This document shows positions 24,944 through 37,520 of a stretch of DNA of 64,000 bases, piece by piece; positions within the stretch are counted from its first letter, which is position 1, and each line of letters opens with the position of its first letter. The notes under the pieces are model-generated. The model made no database searches and was not told the DNA's origin. It saw only the letters and a list, made by a program, of their open reading frames with translations. The translations under genes were made by a program, and so were the position numbers. Source of the DNA: Octopus vulgaris (taxonomy: Eukaryota); NCBI GenBank assembly GCA_951406725.2, contig OX597829.1:12710001-12774000 (forward strand). Direction: 5' to 3'.

Positions 24944-27900
24944 TGGTTTCCGCTTCATCGGGGAATTACCTCCCTTTGCAGGTTTAGGGCACCGTGACGG
25001 TGTCGAGCCTTTCTGGTGACGTCGATGTTCGCCTGGGGCTAAATGCAACAGTAACACCCCCACCACCCTGCCCTGTCCCTAGCCATATTCAGATGGCTTT
25101 AGTCCCTTATGTTATCGAGCAGTTACTGTCTATATCCCTTTTAGAGAATTATTATTGCTTTCGAACAGATTTTCGAAATCAGCAAATGTATTTTGCTTGA
25201 AAATCTATATAAGAAAATCCTGCAGAGTGAGAATTCGTCGAGGAAGCGGAGGCCTACCACACGCCGATGATAGGCAATACACCTTGAAACCATGGTCCGT
25301 GTGTGGTTTCCGCTTCATCGGGGAATTACCTCCCTTTGCAGGTTTAGGGCACCGTGACGGTGTCGAGCCTTTCTGGTGACGTCGATGTTCGCCTGGGGCT
25401 AAATGCAACAGTAACACCCCCACCACCCTGCCCTGTCCCTAGCCATATTCAGATGGCTTTAGTCCCTTATGTTATCGAGCAGTTACTGTCTATATCCCTT
25501 TTAGAGAATTATTATTGCTTTCGAACAGATTTTCGAAATCAGCAAATGTATTTTGCTTGAAAATCTATATAAGAAAATCCTGCAGAGTGAGAATTCGTCG
25601 AGGAAGCGGAGGCCTACCACACGCCGATGATAGGCAATACACCTTGAAACCATGGTCCGTGTGTGGTTTCCGCTTCATCGGGGAATTACCTCCCTTTGCA
25701 GGTTTAGGGCACCGTGACGGTGTCGAGCCTTTCTGGTGACGTCGATGTTCGCCTGGGGCTAAATGCAACAGTAACACCCCCACCACCCTGCCCTGTCCCT
25801 AGCCATATTCAGATGGCTTTAGTCCCTTATGTTATCGAGCAGTTACTGTCTATATCCCTTTTAGAGAATTATTATTGCTTTCGAACAGATTTTCGAAATC
25901 AGCAAATGTATTTTGCTTGAAAATCTATATAAGAAAATCCTGCAGAGTGAGAATTCGTCGAGGAAGCGGAGGCCTACCACACGCCGATGATAGGCAATAC
26001 ACCTTGAAACCATGGTCCGTGTGTGGTTTCCGCTTCATCGGGGAATTACCTCCCTTTGCAGGTTTAGGGCACCGTGACGGTGTCGAGCCTTTCTGGTGAC
26101 GTCGATGTTCGCCTGGGGCTAAATGCAACAGTAACACCCCCACCACCCTGCCCTGTCCCTAGCCATATTCAGATGGCTTTAGTCCCTTATGTTATCGAGC
26201 AGTTACTGTCTATATCCCTTTTAGAGAATTATTATTGCTTTCGAACAGATGTTCGAAATCAGCAAATGTATTTTGCTTGAAAATCTATATAAGAAAATCC
26301 TGCAGAGTGAGAATTCGTCGAGGAAGCGGAGGCCTACCACACGCCGATGATAGGCAATACACCTTGAAACCATGGTCCGTGTGTGGTTTCCGCTTCATCG
26401 GGGAATTACCTCCCTTTGCAGGTTTAGGGCACCGTGACGGTGTCGAGCCTTTCTGGTGACGTCGATGTTCGCCTGGGGCTAAATGCAACAGTAACACCCC
26501 CACCACCCTGCCCTGTCCCTAGCCATATTCAGATGGCTTTAGTCCCTTATGTTATCGAGCAGTTACTGTCTATATCCCTTTTAGAGAATTATTATTGCTT
26601 TCGAACAGATTTTCGAAATCAGCAAATGTATTTTGCTTGAAAATCTATATAAGAAAATCCTGCAGAGTGAGAATTCGTCGAGGAAGCGGAGGCCTACCAC
26701 ACGCCGATGATAGGCAATACACCTTGAAACCATGGTCCGTGTGTGGTTTCCGCTTCATCGGGGAATTACCTCCCTTTGCAGGTTTAGGGCACCGTGACGG
26801 TGTCGAGCCTTTCTGGTGACGTCGATGTTCGCCTGGGGCTAAATGCAACAGTAACACCCCCACCACCCTGCCCTGTCCCTAGCCATATTCAGATGGCTTT
26901 AGTCCCTTATGTTATCGAGCAGTTACTGTCTATATCCCTTTTAGAGAATTATTATTGCTTTCGAACAGATGTTCGAAATCAGCAAATGTATTTTGCTTGA
27001 AAATCTATATAAGAAAATCCTGCAGAGTGAGAATTCGTCGAGGAAGCGGAGGCCTACCACACGCCGATGATAGGCAATACACCTTGAAACCATGGTCCGT
27101 GTGTGGTTTCCGCTTCATCGGGGAATTACCTCCCTTTGCAGGTTTAGGGCACCGTGACGGTGTCGAGCCTTTCTGGTGACGTCGATGTTCGCCTGGGGCT
27201 AAATGCAACAGTAACACCCCCACCACCCTGCCCTGTCCCTAGCCATATTCAGATGGCTTTAGTCCCTTATGTTATCGAGCAGTTACTGTCTATATCCCTT
27301 TTAGAGAATTATTATTGCTTTCGAACAGATTTTCGAAATCAGCAAATGTATTTTGCTTGAAAATCTATATAAGAAAATCCTGCAGAGTGAGAATTCGTCG
27401 AGGAAGCGGAGGCCTACCACACGCCGATGATAGGCAATACACCTTGAAACCATGGTCCGTGTGTGGTTTCCGCTTCATCGGGGAATTACCTCCTTTGCAG
27501 GTTTAGGGCACCGTGACGGTGTCGAGCCTTTCTGGTGACGTCGATGTTCGCCTGGGGCTAAATGCAACAGTAACACCCCCGCCACCCTGCCCTGTCTCTA
27601 GCCATATTCAGATGGCTTTAGTCCCTTATGTTATCGAGCAGTTACTGTCTATATCCCTTTTAGAGAATTATTATTGCTTTCGAACAGATTTTCGAAATCA
27701 GCAAATGTATTTTGCTTGAAAATCTATATAAGAAAATCCTGCAGAGTGAGAATTCGTCGAGGAAGCGGAGGCCTACCACACGCCGATGATAGGCAATACA
27801 CCTTGAAACCATGGTCCGTGTGTGGTTTCCGCTTCATCGGGGAATTACCTCCCTTTGCAGGTTTAGGGCACCGTGACGGTGTCGAGCCTTTCTGGTGACG

Positions 27901-29880
27901 TCGATGTTCGCCTGGGGCTAAATGCAACAGTAACACCCCCACCACCCTGCCCTGTCCCTAGCCATATTCAGATGGCTTTAGTCCCTTATGTTATCGAGCA
28001 GTTACTGTCTATATCCCTTTTAGAGAATTATTATTGCTTTCGAACAGATTTTCGAAATCAGCAAATGTATTTTGCTTGAAAATCTATATAAGAAAATCCT
28101 GCAGAGTGAGAATTCGTCGAGGAAGCGGAGGCCTACCACACGCCGATGATAGGCAATACACCTTGAAACCATGGTCCGTGTGTGGTTTCCGCTTCATCGG
28201 GGAATTACCTCCCTTTGCAGGTTTAGGGCACCGTGACGGTGTCGAGCCTTTCTGGTGACGTCGATGTTCGCCTGGGGCTAAATGCAACAGTAACACCCCC
28301 ACCACCCTGCCCTGTCCCTAGCCATATTCAGATGGCTTTAGTCCCTTATGTTATCGAGCAGTTACTGTCTATATCCCTTTTAGAGAATTATTATTGCTTT
28401 CGAACAGATTTTCGAAATCAGCAAATGTATTTTGCTTGAAAATCTATATAAGAAAATCCTGCAGAGTGAGAATTCGTCGAGGAAGCGGAGGCCTACCACA
28501 CGCCGATGATAGGCAATACACCTTGAAACCATGGTCCGTGTGTGGTTTCCGCTTCATCGGGGAATTACCTCCCTTTGCAGGTTTAGGGCACCGTGACGGT
28601 GTCGAGCCTTTCTGGTGACGTCGATGTTCGCCTGGGGCTAAATGCAACAGTAACACCCCCACCACCCTGCCCTGTCCCTAGCCATATTCAGATGGCTTTA
28701 GTCCCTTATGTTATCGAGCAGTTACTGTCTATATCCCTTTTAGAGAATTATTATTGCTTTCGAACAGATGTTCGAAATCAGCAAATGTATTTTGCTTGAA
28801 AATCTATATAAGAAAATCCTGCAGAGTGAGAATTCGTCGAGGAAGCGGAGGCCTACCACACGCCGATGATAGGCAATACACCTTGAAACCATGGTCCGTG
28901 TGTGGTTTCCGCTTCATCGGGGAATTACCTCCCTTTGCAGGTTTAGGGCACCGTGACGGTGTCGAGCCTTTCTGGTGACGTCGATGTTCGCCTGGGGCTA
29001 AATGCAACAGTAACACCCCCACCACCCTGCCCTGTCCCTAGCCATATTCAGATGGCTTTAGTCCCTTATGTTATCGAGCAGTTACTGTCTATATCCCTTT
29101 TAGAGAATTATTATTGCTTTCGAACAGATTTTCGAAATCAGCAAATGTATTTTGCTTGAAAATCTATATAAGAAAATCCTGCAGAGTGAGAATTCGTCGA
29201 GGAAGCGGAGGCCTACCACACGCCGATGATAGGCAATACACCTTGAAACCATGGTCCGTGTGTGGTTTCCGCTTCATCGGGGAATTACCTCCCTTTGCAG
29301 GTTTAGGGCACCGTGACGGTGTCGAGCCTTTCTGGTGACGTCGATGTTCGCCTGGGGCTAAATGCAACAGTAACACCCCCGCCACCCTGCCCTGTCTCTA
29401 GCCATATTCAGATGGCTTTAGTCCCTTATGTTATCGAGCAGTTACTGTCTATATCCCTTTTAGAGAATTATTATTGCTTTCGAACAGATTTTCGAAATCA
29501 GCAAATGTATTTTGCTTGAAAATCTATATAAGAAAATCCTGCAGAGTGAGAATTCGTCGAGGAAGCGGAGGCCTACCACACGCCGTTATAGGCAATACAC
29601 CTTGAAACCATGGTCCGTGTGTGGTTTCCGCTTCATCGGGGAATTACCTCCCTTTGCAGGTTTAGGGCACCGTGACGGTGTCGAGCCTTTCTGGTGACGT
29701 CGATGTTCGCCTGGGGCTAAATGCAACAGTAACACCCCCACCACCCTGCCCTGTCCCTAGCCATATTCAGATGGCTTTAGTCCCTTATGTTATATATATA
29801 TATATATATATAAAATTTGTATACATTTATATATATATACCACACTCTTACCCGCGCGTAGAGCGGGTCACCTTCAGCTA

Positions 29881-29915
<35 letters not shown>

Positions 29916-29917
<2 letters not shown>

Positions 29918-30615
29918 AAGGGTTTTTTTGCAACAAGCTGCTTAAACCACATACCGAAAATTTTAGAAATAGCAGCCAAAAGACTACTATCTCCTTTTAC
30001 TACAAAAATAAGTCTCCACAGACAAAAATATTTGTAACTTACATATAGCAAAAAAAAAGAAGAAAAATAATGAAATCACACAGTCTTCGGTCAATTATGG
30101 ACGCACGTTTCTGGATTAGAATCGTAAGGTTCATTTCCTTTATCAACATAATATTCCTCATAAATCTAGAAATGCTAGGAAAACTTACCTCTTATATTTT
30201 CGATCAAGCGATATCGAAAAATATAAAAGCCAACCAGCATATCCACATTTACATATACAAGTGAATTCGTATTTCCCTCCAGAGTTCTACCACGTGAGTC
30301 ACAAAATAGTACTGCCGAAAATAAGATTCGCAGTTTTGTCGTAGGGGAGTAAAATAGTCATTACTAGATTTATGAGGAATATTATGTTAATAAAGGAAAT
30401 GAACCTTACGATTCTAATCCAGAAACGTGCGCCCATAATTGACCGAAGACTGTGTGATTTCATTATTTTTCTTCTTTTTTTTTCCATATGTGAGTTACAA
30501 ATATTGTTGTCTGTGGAGACTTATTTTTGTAGTAAAAGGAAATAGTAGTCTTTTGGCTGCTATTTCTAAAATTTTCGGTATGTGGTTTAAGCAACTTGTT
30601 GCAAAAAACCCTTAT
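29916..30615. repeat. ~253-bp head-to-head inverted repeat with ~195-bp spacer (PLE pLTR-like)
   Basis: 29916-30169 is the reverse complement of 30364-30615. Outer ends abut TA-rich tracts. Confidence 0.9.
30095..30151 (-). ncRNA. Type I HHR with U3-A8 core variant
   Basis: rc: ttatg-TTGATAA-agga...tcca-GAAA-c(gtgc)g-TC-cataa. The partner arm (30382-30438) has core mutations. Confidence 0.6.
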
Positions 30616-30769
30616 TATTATAGATATATAAATTTTTACCAAATATGGTCCTTTTCCATACCGAAATACTACTAGGTGAAAATTGTTGATTTTATTAAAT
30701 TAATTATATTTCACCCTATATCTGTAATGACTATATACACTCACACACACGCACATATATGTATACAGG

Positions 30770-30815
<46 letters not shown>

Positions 30816-30818
30816 TAT

Positions 30819-30947
30819 TTTATTATATAGAAGGAGCTTCTACAGGACTAGTACTGTTTCATTCAAGAGAAATCTTCAGGAAGCTTCCTGAAGATTTCTC
30901 TTGAATGAAACAGTACTAGTCCTGTAAAGCTCCTTCTATATAATAAA
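30819..30947. ncRNA. Near-perfect 129-bp palindrome made of two head-to-head type I HHRs
   Basis: Centre AAGCTT (30881-30886). Each arm reads agcttc-CTGAAGA-t-ttc(tctt)gaa-t-GAAA-cag(tactagtc)ctg-TA-gaagct. The plus arm lacks one G. Confidence 0.8.
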
Positions 30948-31559
30948 TTAATTTTACTCTGCTATGTATTGAGTACCTTACTTACTGTGGTTAACCCCGT
31001 ATCAACCCGGGAACTACATATATATATATATATATATATATACAACAGAAAACAGAAAAAGTGGAAAAAACCGCATCTACATATTCATTAACTATAAAAT
31101 ACTGTTTTCATTGCATCACTTGATGAAATCACTCTAGAATACAAATTAGACATGTTCTTTCTCTGTGACTTTATATTATGTCTCCACAAGGAGGGACAGG
31201 GTGTACTGTAAGTTACATTTCCATGAAACATTTTTCTTCTAGTTATGCATACAGCCACATGTACAGACCAAATGCACTCAACATCTACGTAAAATTACGC
31301 GAGAGTAAACTCTGGCGTGCAGTCCATGGTCCGCTGTAGGGCTAAGATCCAAAGTAGGGAAGGTTGTGAGTATGGAGTAATATAAATAGTAACACAAATG
31401 GGCTGAGATTCACTACATCTGTTTTTATTGATAAACGAATCATATAAAAACCATTTTTGTTTCCAGGTGAAGTAAAATATAATTAAATTAAACTCTTTAA
31501 ACCGGCACCGAGATGAGAGAGTCAATATGCATTCTATACTCTTTCTGTGAAAACTCCTG

Positions 31560-32270
31560 TGAAAAAATTAACATTAAATACTGACAGCTTTCATTTCCAT
31601 ATCTTCCGGAGTCTACAGGAGGATTCTTTTATTGTTCAGGCCTTAGTCACAGCACCAACATATACAACATTCTCATCGACTCCGAGGTACATTAGCTTTC
31701 TTCATTAGAGAAAGGGAAGATAGACAAGCTGTTTATGTTCATGTTTTCTGTCTAATCGACATTCTTTTCTCGGTTGACTATCACGTAGAAGCATTTACCT
31801 TGCCCAAACCCCATTCGTACATCGCGCGAGAATGCTGTGACTAGTTCTACTTGTTTCTTTATGTGGTTATATTACAAGAATATAACTTTACAAAGTGTGG
31901 TTGACAAAAATTTTATTCTTTTCTGCATATCTCAGCATGTCGCCTTGGCATTTTGTTAACAGGGTTTGCTAATAGCTTAATTCTGTTTGACAATAAGTGT
32001 TGCTTTAGTAGTCTTCAGTGATAATAATGTGGACCATGTTGCAATAATTTTCTCCTTGATATTCACTATAGCAACTGATACTTAGGCAACGTGTAATGAT
32101 TCTATCATCTATGAGTAGGGCACAGAGTCGAATGTCTTCTTGTAGCCTAGCTATATGATTAAGAGACTACGGAGATGTTGCTTGGCTTCCTTAATGACAG
32201 CTTTGTTGAGGACCTGTTTAGCACAGCCCAAGACTCCTCCCCTCTTCCTCCAGCCTGTTCATCGGTTATC
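31560..32270 (-). mobile_element. Old R4/Dong-like RT fragments
   Basis: Minus frames give KKTFDSVP, YLGVDENVVY and GVLGCAKQVL, resembling the neighbouring element. Confidence 0.55.
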
Positions 32271-32761
32271 ACTCCATTTGTATGGCAGTGGTTTTGAAGA
32301 AACATATTCAGACTATCTGTGTACAGTTTGTACATAACATTGAATTATGTTATGGGTCTATAGTTTTGGGCCACATGAGTCCCAATGTTCTTGGGGATAA
32401 GAGTAGTCCGTCAGCCAATCTGGTATATCTAGCTCAGAGTCCATTGTTTTTAAACAGGTTCGTGAGAATTTCCCTGTTGAACACGAGCTTCTTGTACCAA
32501 TGGCCTACTACCAGGTCTCTCCCAGGTGATTTTCCATTCGGCAATTTCATAATAACCGTCAGAATTGTTTCACTAGTGATGTTATATGTTTTAGGAGAGA
32601 CATTTACACAATACTTACTTCGTAATTCGTGTAACCTTGCTGCATCACGATTGTGCTTTTTGTCTATATTCCAGATTTCCCGCCAGAAAGACTGTAGGAT
32701 TCAGGCAAACTTTCGGTTTATCATTTGTATTATTTATGTATATATGTATGTCTCTTCTATT

Positions 32762-35700
32762 TTCTAATTATTATAAATCTTCTACTGAGGAGGGAACCGG
32801 TTTCCAACAAAGATACAAGGCTCCGTCTTTGGGATGTAGTTAACAGACAAATTCACATTTGGAGCTTAAGAAAAGTCTTGCATATTTTTACTGTTCCACT
32901 CACAGATTGCACTTGTAATGTACGAATTAGCCGGTCGATTTTTCTTTCTGAAAATCCCAGTTTATCCAGATTCGCCTTTAAGCATTTACTAACAAAACCT
33001 AGTGCTCCAATTATTATTGGTATGAATATGAATTCATAGTCTGGATATAGAAGCTGGAAGTTCCGAAGCAGTTGTTCATAGATATTCTCTTTTTCTTTGA
33101 TTTTCAAAGAGATATTTATAACTGCAGGGCAGCTGACCTATATGAAGGTACGCACCTTTGCCGCTCTGTCCCAAACGACAATATCCGGCCTGTTATATTT
33201 ACATTTGGCAGAAGTTTTGATGGGAATATTCCACCAGTATTCTTTGAGTTGGTGTTTATGAATGTATTCCATAACAAAGAGACTTTCTAAGTTCATTTTA
33301 GAACAGTCCTTTTTTCGGATGGCATTGTAAATTGTTTTAGTGACAACTACATGCCACAGAGGGAAGTAGTACCGTGACGACATTTTAGGACAGCTGCTAA
33401 TTACATGCGTGATGTCTTCCACAGAAACATGACATAACCTACACATGCGGTTGCACCTTGGGATTACAAGAGCGTCACTATCTCTCTTGTTCACCAGGTA
33501 CTTTGTGGCAATCTCCTGTTCCTGGATTGCAAACGCATAGCCTTCAAAGTGTGATGTGATATATTGGTCTTGTGTCCAAGAAAGACTGCGCCTCGTGTAA
33601 ATTCTAGTCTTCTTCAAGCTTCCGGGCAACATACTCATGCATAGTCTTTTTTTGTATGCTGAGTGCTTTCCATTCAGGTCTTCTCTGAGGTAAGAGAGCC
33701 CAGCTGTTTTGAGGCTGTATGGGAGATCATCAGGGAGAGAGTGTTTTTTGAGGAGTTTACTACCTACTCGTACAATGTTGCTCATTTCCCTTTTCAGGAT
33801 TGCATTAATATATTTATATTTGCTGCTGTTGTTTAGCAGGTACTTCCTGAGTGATACCGTATGACATTCAAAGGCTGTCTGCACTGATCTTAGGTCTCTA
33901 CTACCTTTATTACTTCTTAGGTAGAAGCTGTCAACATCACTGTTTCTGGGGAAGTTCCCAGTTGTTGCCAGGATCTTTCGGGTTTTGATATCTATGGAGT
34001 GGATTTCCTCTACAGAACAAACAAATCTCCCAGATTTTGAGATCAGCACTGGTACTGCAAATGCATTGTGGGATATTGTTTTGTTGTAAGAGGAGAGTTC
34101 CGATTACCTTGGTGTAATATTCTCGGGTCACTCTATCTTTATTCATAATGCCTTCATATGATACATTTTCGTCTATGCCTAGGTAACTGTAAAATTCTTT
34201 GTATGGAATGGGGGAGATTCAGAGACCGTTGATGCAAATGATTTGGGTTTGGGGATCTGACTTTTCTCGTTCTATAACTAAATATGAATATTTCTTTTGG
34301 CCAAATTCCATGCCTGTATCAGCTGAAAATGTTATTAATTCTAGTTGTTTTTTGGCATTGTTAACACTTTTAACATAAATCTTGAGGTCGTCTACAAAGA
34401 AATTATGAGTTACATTGATATTTCTAGCAGTTAGCACGCAACCATTTGTTTTCTGCAGTAGGGACGATAATTGTTTCAGTGCCAAAATCGAAAGAAGTAT
34501 AGAAAGGCTATCTCCCAGGAACATTCCCTCTGAGATGCCTTTACTATCTGAAACAGTTATTCTGTTCTCAGTTGTAAGGGCAAGAATTTTTTGTCCGCGT
34601 CTTTGTGAGTCTCTCTATAACAGCAATTAGGGAGGTGGGTACTTTTGGCAAGTGTAGGCACTTCAACAACCATGAATGAGGGATAGAGACGAATGCCTTC
34701 TTATAGTCGAGCCATACCGTCACAAGATTTCTACAGCTTTGTTTATTAAAAGTTGTTCGGCTGTCATCTCAACACTCCCTTCTTTCCACCAGCCTGTTCA
34801 TTTGTCACAATGTTGTTCGACTCACAATGGTCCTGGAAGAATTGTTTGAGGCAACTGTGTACAGTTTGTACGTAATGTTTAGGCAAGCAATGGGCCTGTA
34901 ATTTGCTGCCATCTCGGTGATTTCATTTTTGGCAACAAGATTGTTCGGTACATCCCGACACTCCCTTGCTGTAGTAAGCCAATTTGGTATATCACTCTGG
35001 CCTTCCATAGTTCATTTGAACATACATAACAATTGGTTTCTATAAAATGGCAGCTTCTTGTACCAATATCCATTTATTAGGTTCCTTCCTGCTGTCTTCC
35101 CATTCTGCAGTTTCCCTACAACTATAGCGAATGTTTCTGCATCAGTTTTCTATGTTTAACTGTTAGTATTGGTACAGTATTTTTTCTCAATTGTATTTAA
35201 CCATGGCACATTCAGCTTGAAAGTCCTCTTTTCGTTCAATATGTTTGACCAAAATGATTGTAGATCTTCTTGAGAGGGAGCTTTCTTAATGGTAATGTTT
35301 TCCTCCCTCATCTCTCTGTACAATGCTTGGGGTTGGAAGCAAAATTCTGACTGATACGGGCTCGTTCAAAAATTCACATTCGATAGCGGAGTTTATCGCT
35401 CAACGTCCTGAGTTCATGTGTAAAAGTGATTAGCTTTCCTTCAAGAGCTCGCGGAGAAGTGTTGCCATAAAGTTTTGTTAATTGTCTAAGGTAGAATTGG
35501 TGAGGTGCAAACTCATTTTTCTCCTTACATTTTATTGTTGTAATTAACATCCAATATGGTGGCGCAGTTCTTGATGTTTGCTTCTAGGTTGTTTCTGATT
35601 CGTAATTTCGTTACTTTGTTTACTGTAGGTGTTCTTTAGCAGTAATAGCAGCTGTGTATATAAGAGTATTTATATTCCAGTAATTAACATCACGTGATTC

Positions 35701-36280
35701 CATGTGCTCTCCAGCGACATCGTTGAAAACTTTTAACATTAGATCGGTCGGATTTTTCTCACTCTTAGGAATGGTCTGTTGCTCAACGAAAGCCTCGAGA
35801 AAGTAGTAAAATCTTTTGCGAATTGTAATTTTAAAATGGTTTTGAGTTGGATGTTTTCCGCAGTCTTCACTACTGAGTCAACTAAATTTGGAGACAAACA
35901 CGAATTTAGCGATGGCGGGAGCGATGGCTTGTTTACATACGCCGCTACTTCAGATTTTGACCCATTTTCAGTGTTATGGGAGAATCGATGATTTTTTTTT
36001 TTACAAAAAATGTTCGTTGTCGGAGCTGTTTCGCCGTGAAGGTATTTAAGTTGGTATGAGCTTCGTCTCCGAATTGTTTTAACTGATGTATCCGATGGAA
36101 GGGACATCTCGGGCTTTTTCATAGCACCGAAGTAAATCTTGGTTTAGTTGCTGGATCCAAATAAAATTATAAGAGTACTTAAGTCTTCTTAAATAACTTA
36201 CTGGTGAAGTAGTTCTGTTTTCATCTGTGGTGATGTTGTTAGTTTCAGCCATAATCGTGTTAGCGAGATTCCTCGTTGTG
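32762..36280 (-). mobile_element. Near full-length decayed R4/Dong-clade non-LTR retrotransposon
   Basis: NYRPIACLNITYKLY, GDSLS, FFVDDLKIY, CCHC knuckle CRLCHVSVEDITHVISSC, RLE motif NRPDIVVWD, PIIIGALG, short TAA-type tail. Confidence 0.85.
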
Positions 36281-36884
36281 TATGCATGTATGTTTGTATG
36301 TATGTATGTATGTATGTATGTATGTATGTATGTATGAATGTATGTATGTATCTACATCTCTATGATTCGCTCTGTCATTCGTTCACTCCCTGTACCGCAG
36401 TTAATGTTACCTGTCTAATCATTCCTTTCTACTGGGATGCACCATATTATTTATTATCAACTCTTATCTTTAACTCGCCTTAACCCTTCTACCCTCATTA
36501 TTTCTTTCATTCTTCTAATACGTCTGCTCGCCTGACTGTCTGACTCAATTGCTGATATTTTGGTGTGTCAATTGCTCTTACGATCTCACTCAGTCAATTT
36601 CAGATATTACGTATATCTTTCTAATTACTCTTTATTTTCCTTTCAGAGCAACTCTGATTTTTCTCCTGTTCTTATAGTCAGAGAGAAAACAGAGAAACAA
36701 GTTAATACTATAAGCACAGAGACACACACTGACATATGAATACAGGCACAATCTTATATCTTTTATATATGTATGTCTATACATAAACGCGTGCAAACAC
36801 ACACATACACGCACCCCCACACGCACACACATACACCCCCATATATATATATTTATTTATTTATATATACATATATACATACAC

Positions 36885-36932
<48 letters not shown>

Positions 36933-36935
<3 letters not shown>

Positions 36936-37520
36936 AAAAAAGCAACAAGAATGGATTTGTTTTTCAATACAGACCAGCTTTATTAAAAGCTGCAAATATT
37001 GCAGCAAATACAAGTGTCCCGTACTCATCAGCTAAAACACATATGAGTTCTCCAACCATCCTAGTGGGTGAGGCTACACTCATGAAGTATCGAAGGTAGT
37101 TCTATAAAAAGCAAATTTAGATTGTAAGCAAACTTCCAAACTTCTCTAATGATGCACAGTCTTATAACAGGCTTTAAAAAAGCTTGTTAGCTTCACAGAA
37201 AAGGTGAATCCATCCATAATGTAGGTGCAATTACCGGAGATATGAGGAGATATTTCATACTCACAGACGATGAATCCATCCATGATTAATCCATAATAAG
37301 GTGGGTATAATTTCCTGATATATGATAAGATACTTGTCACACCTCTGTTCATTTCACAAAACTGCTATGTTAGAATTATAATGGCTGAAGGAATTATATG
37401 GAGCATAGAAAAACCGTCCACATAGAGCATTCTGGGATAACTGAGAGGGAAGGGGTTGCAGGTACCCACCTACACAGAAAGGTCTCTTTCTGTGGAGACA
37501 GACAGTCTGGCTTAGATTTG
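36933..37520 (-). mobile_element. Second, diverged copy of the 15552-16160 element (HHR partly deleted)
   Basis: Colinear with 15552-16170 and has the same (TA)n junction. Confidence 0.8.

Larger units (their letters stand above)
23726..29793. mobile_element. 360-bp tandem array, non-LTR retrozyme-like: ~2.5 units on minus (23726-24610) and ~14.4 units on plus (24611-29793)
   Basis: Exact 360-bp periodicity (359 where a base is lost), very few variants, one HHR per unit, (TA)n at both ends. Confidence 0.85.
19093..29881 (+). mobile_element. Defective Helitron (~10.8 kb including inserted array)
   Basis: 5' A|TCTTCTATATATAAAACT. 3' hairpin cccgc-gcgtaga-gcggg (29851-29867) then CTAG|T. Internal RepHel remnants. 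The motif attatcatcgccaccacc occurs on both sides of the helicase. Confidence 0.75.

Noticed and set aside
23726-29793. CRISPR array, or 5S/snRNA/tRNA gene cluster
   Set aside because: No unique spacers and no cas genes. No recognisable 5S, Sm-site or cloverleaf sequence.
23819-29881. Repeated 68-74 aa ORFs in the array
   Set aside because: Mostly non-ATG starts, overlapping on both strands, no domain similarity, and broken by indels. A by-product of the repeat.
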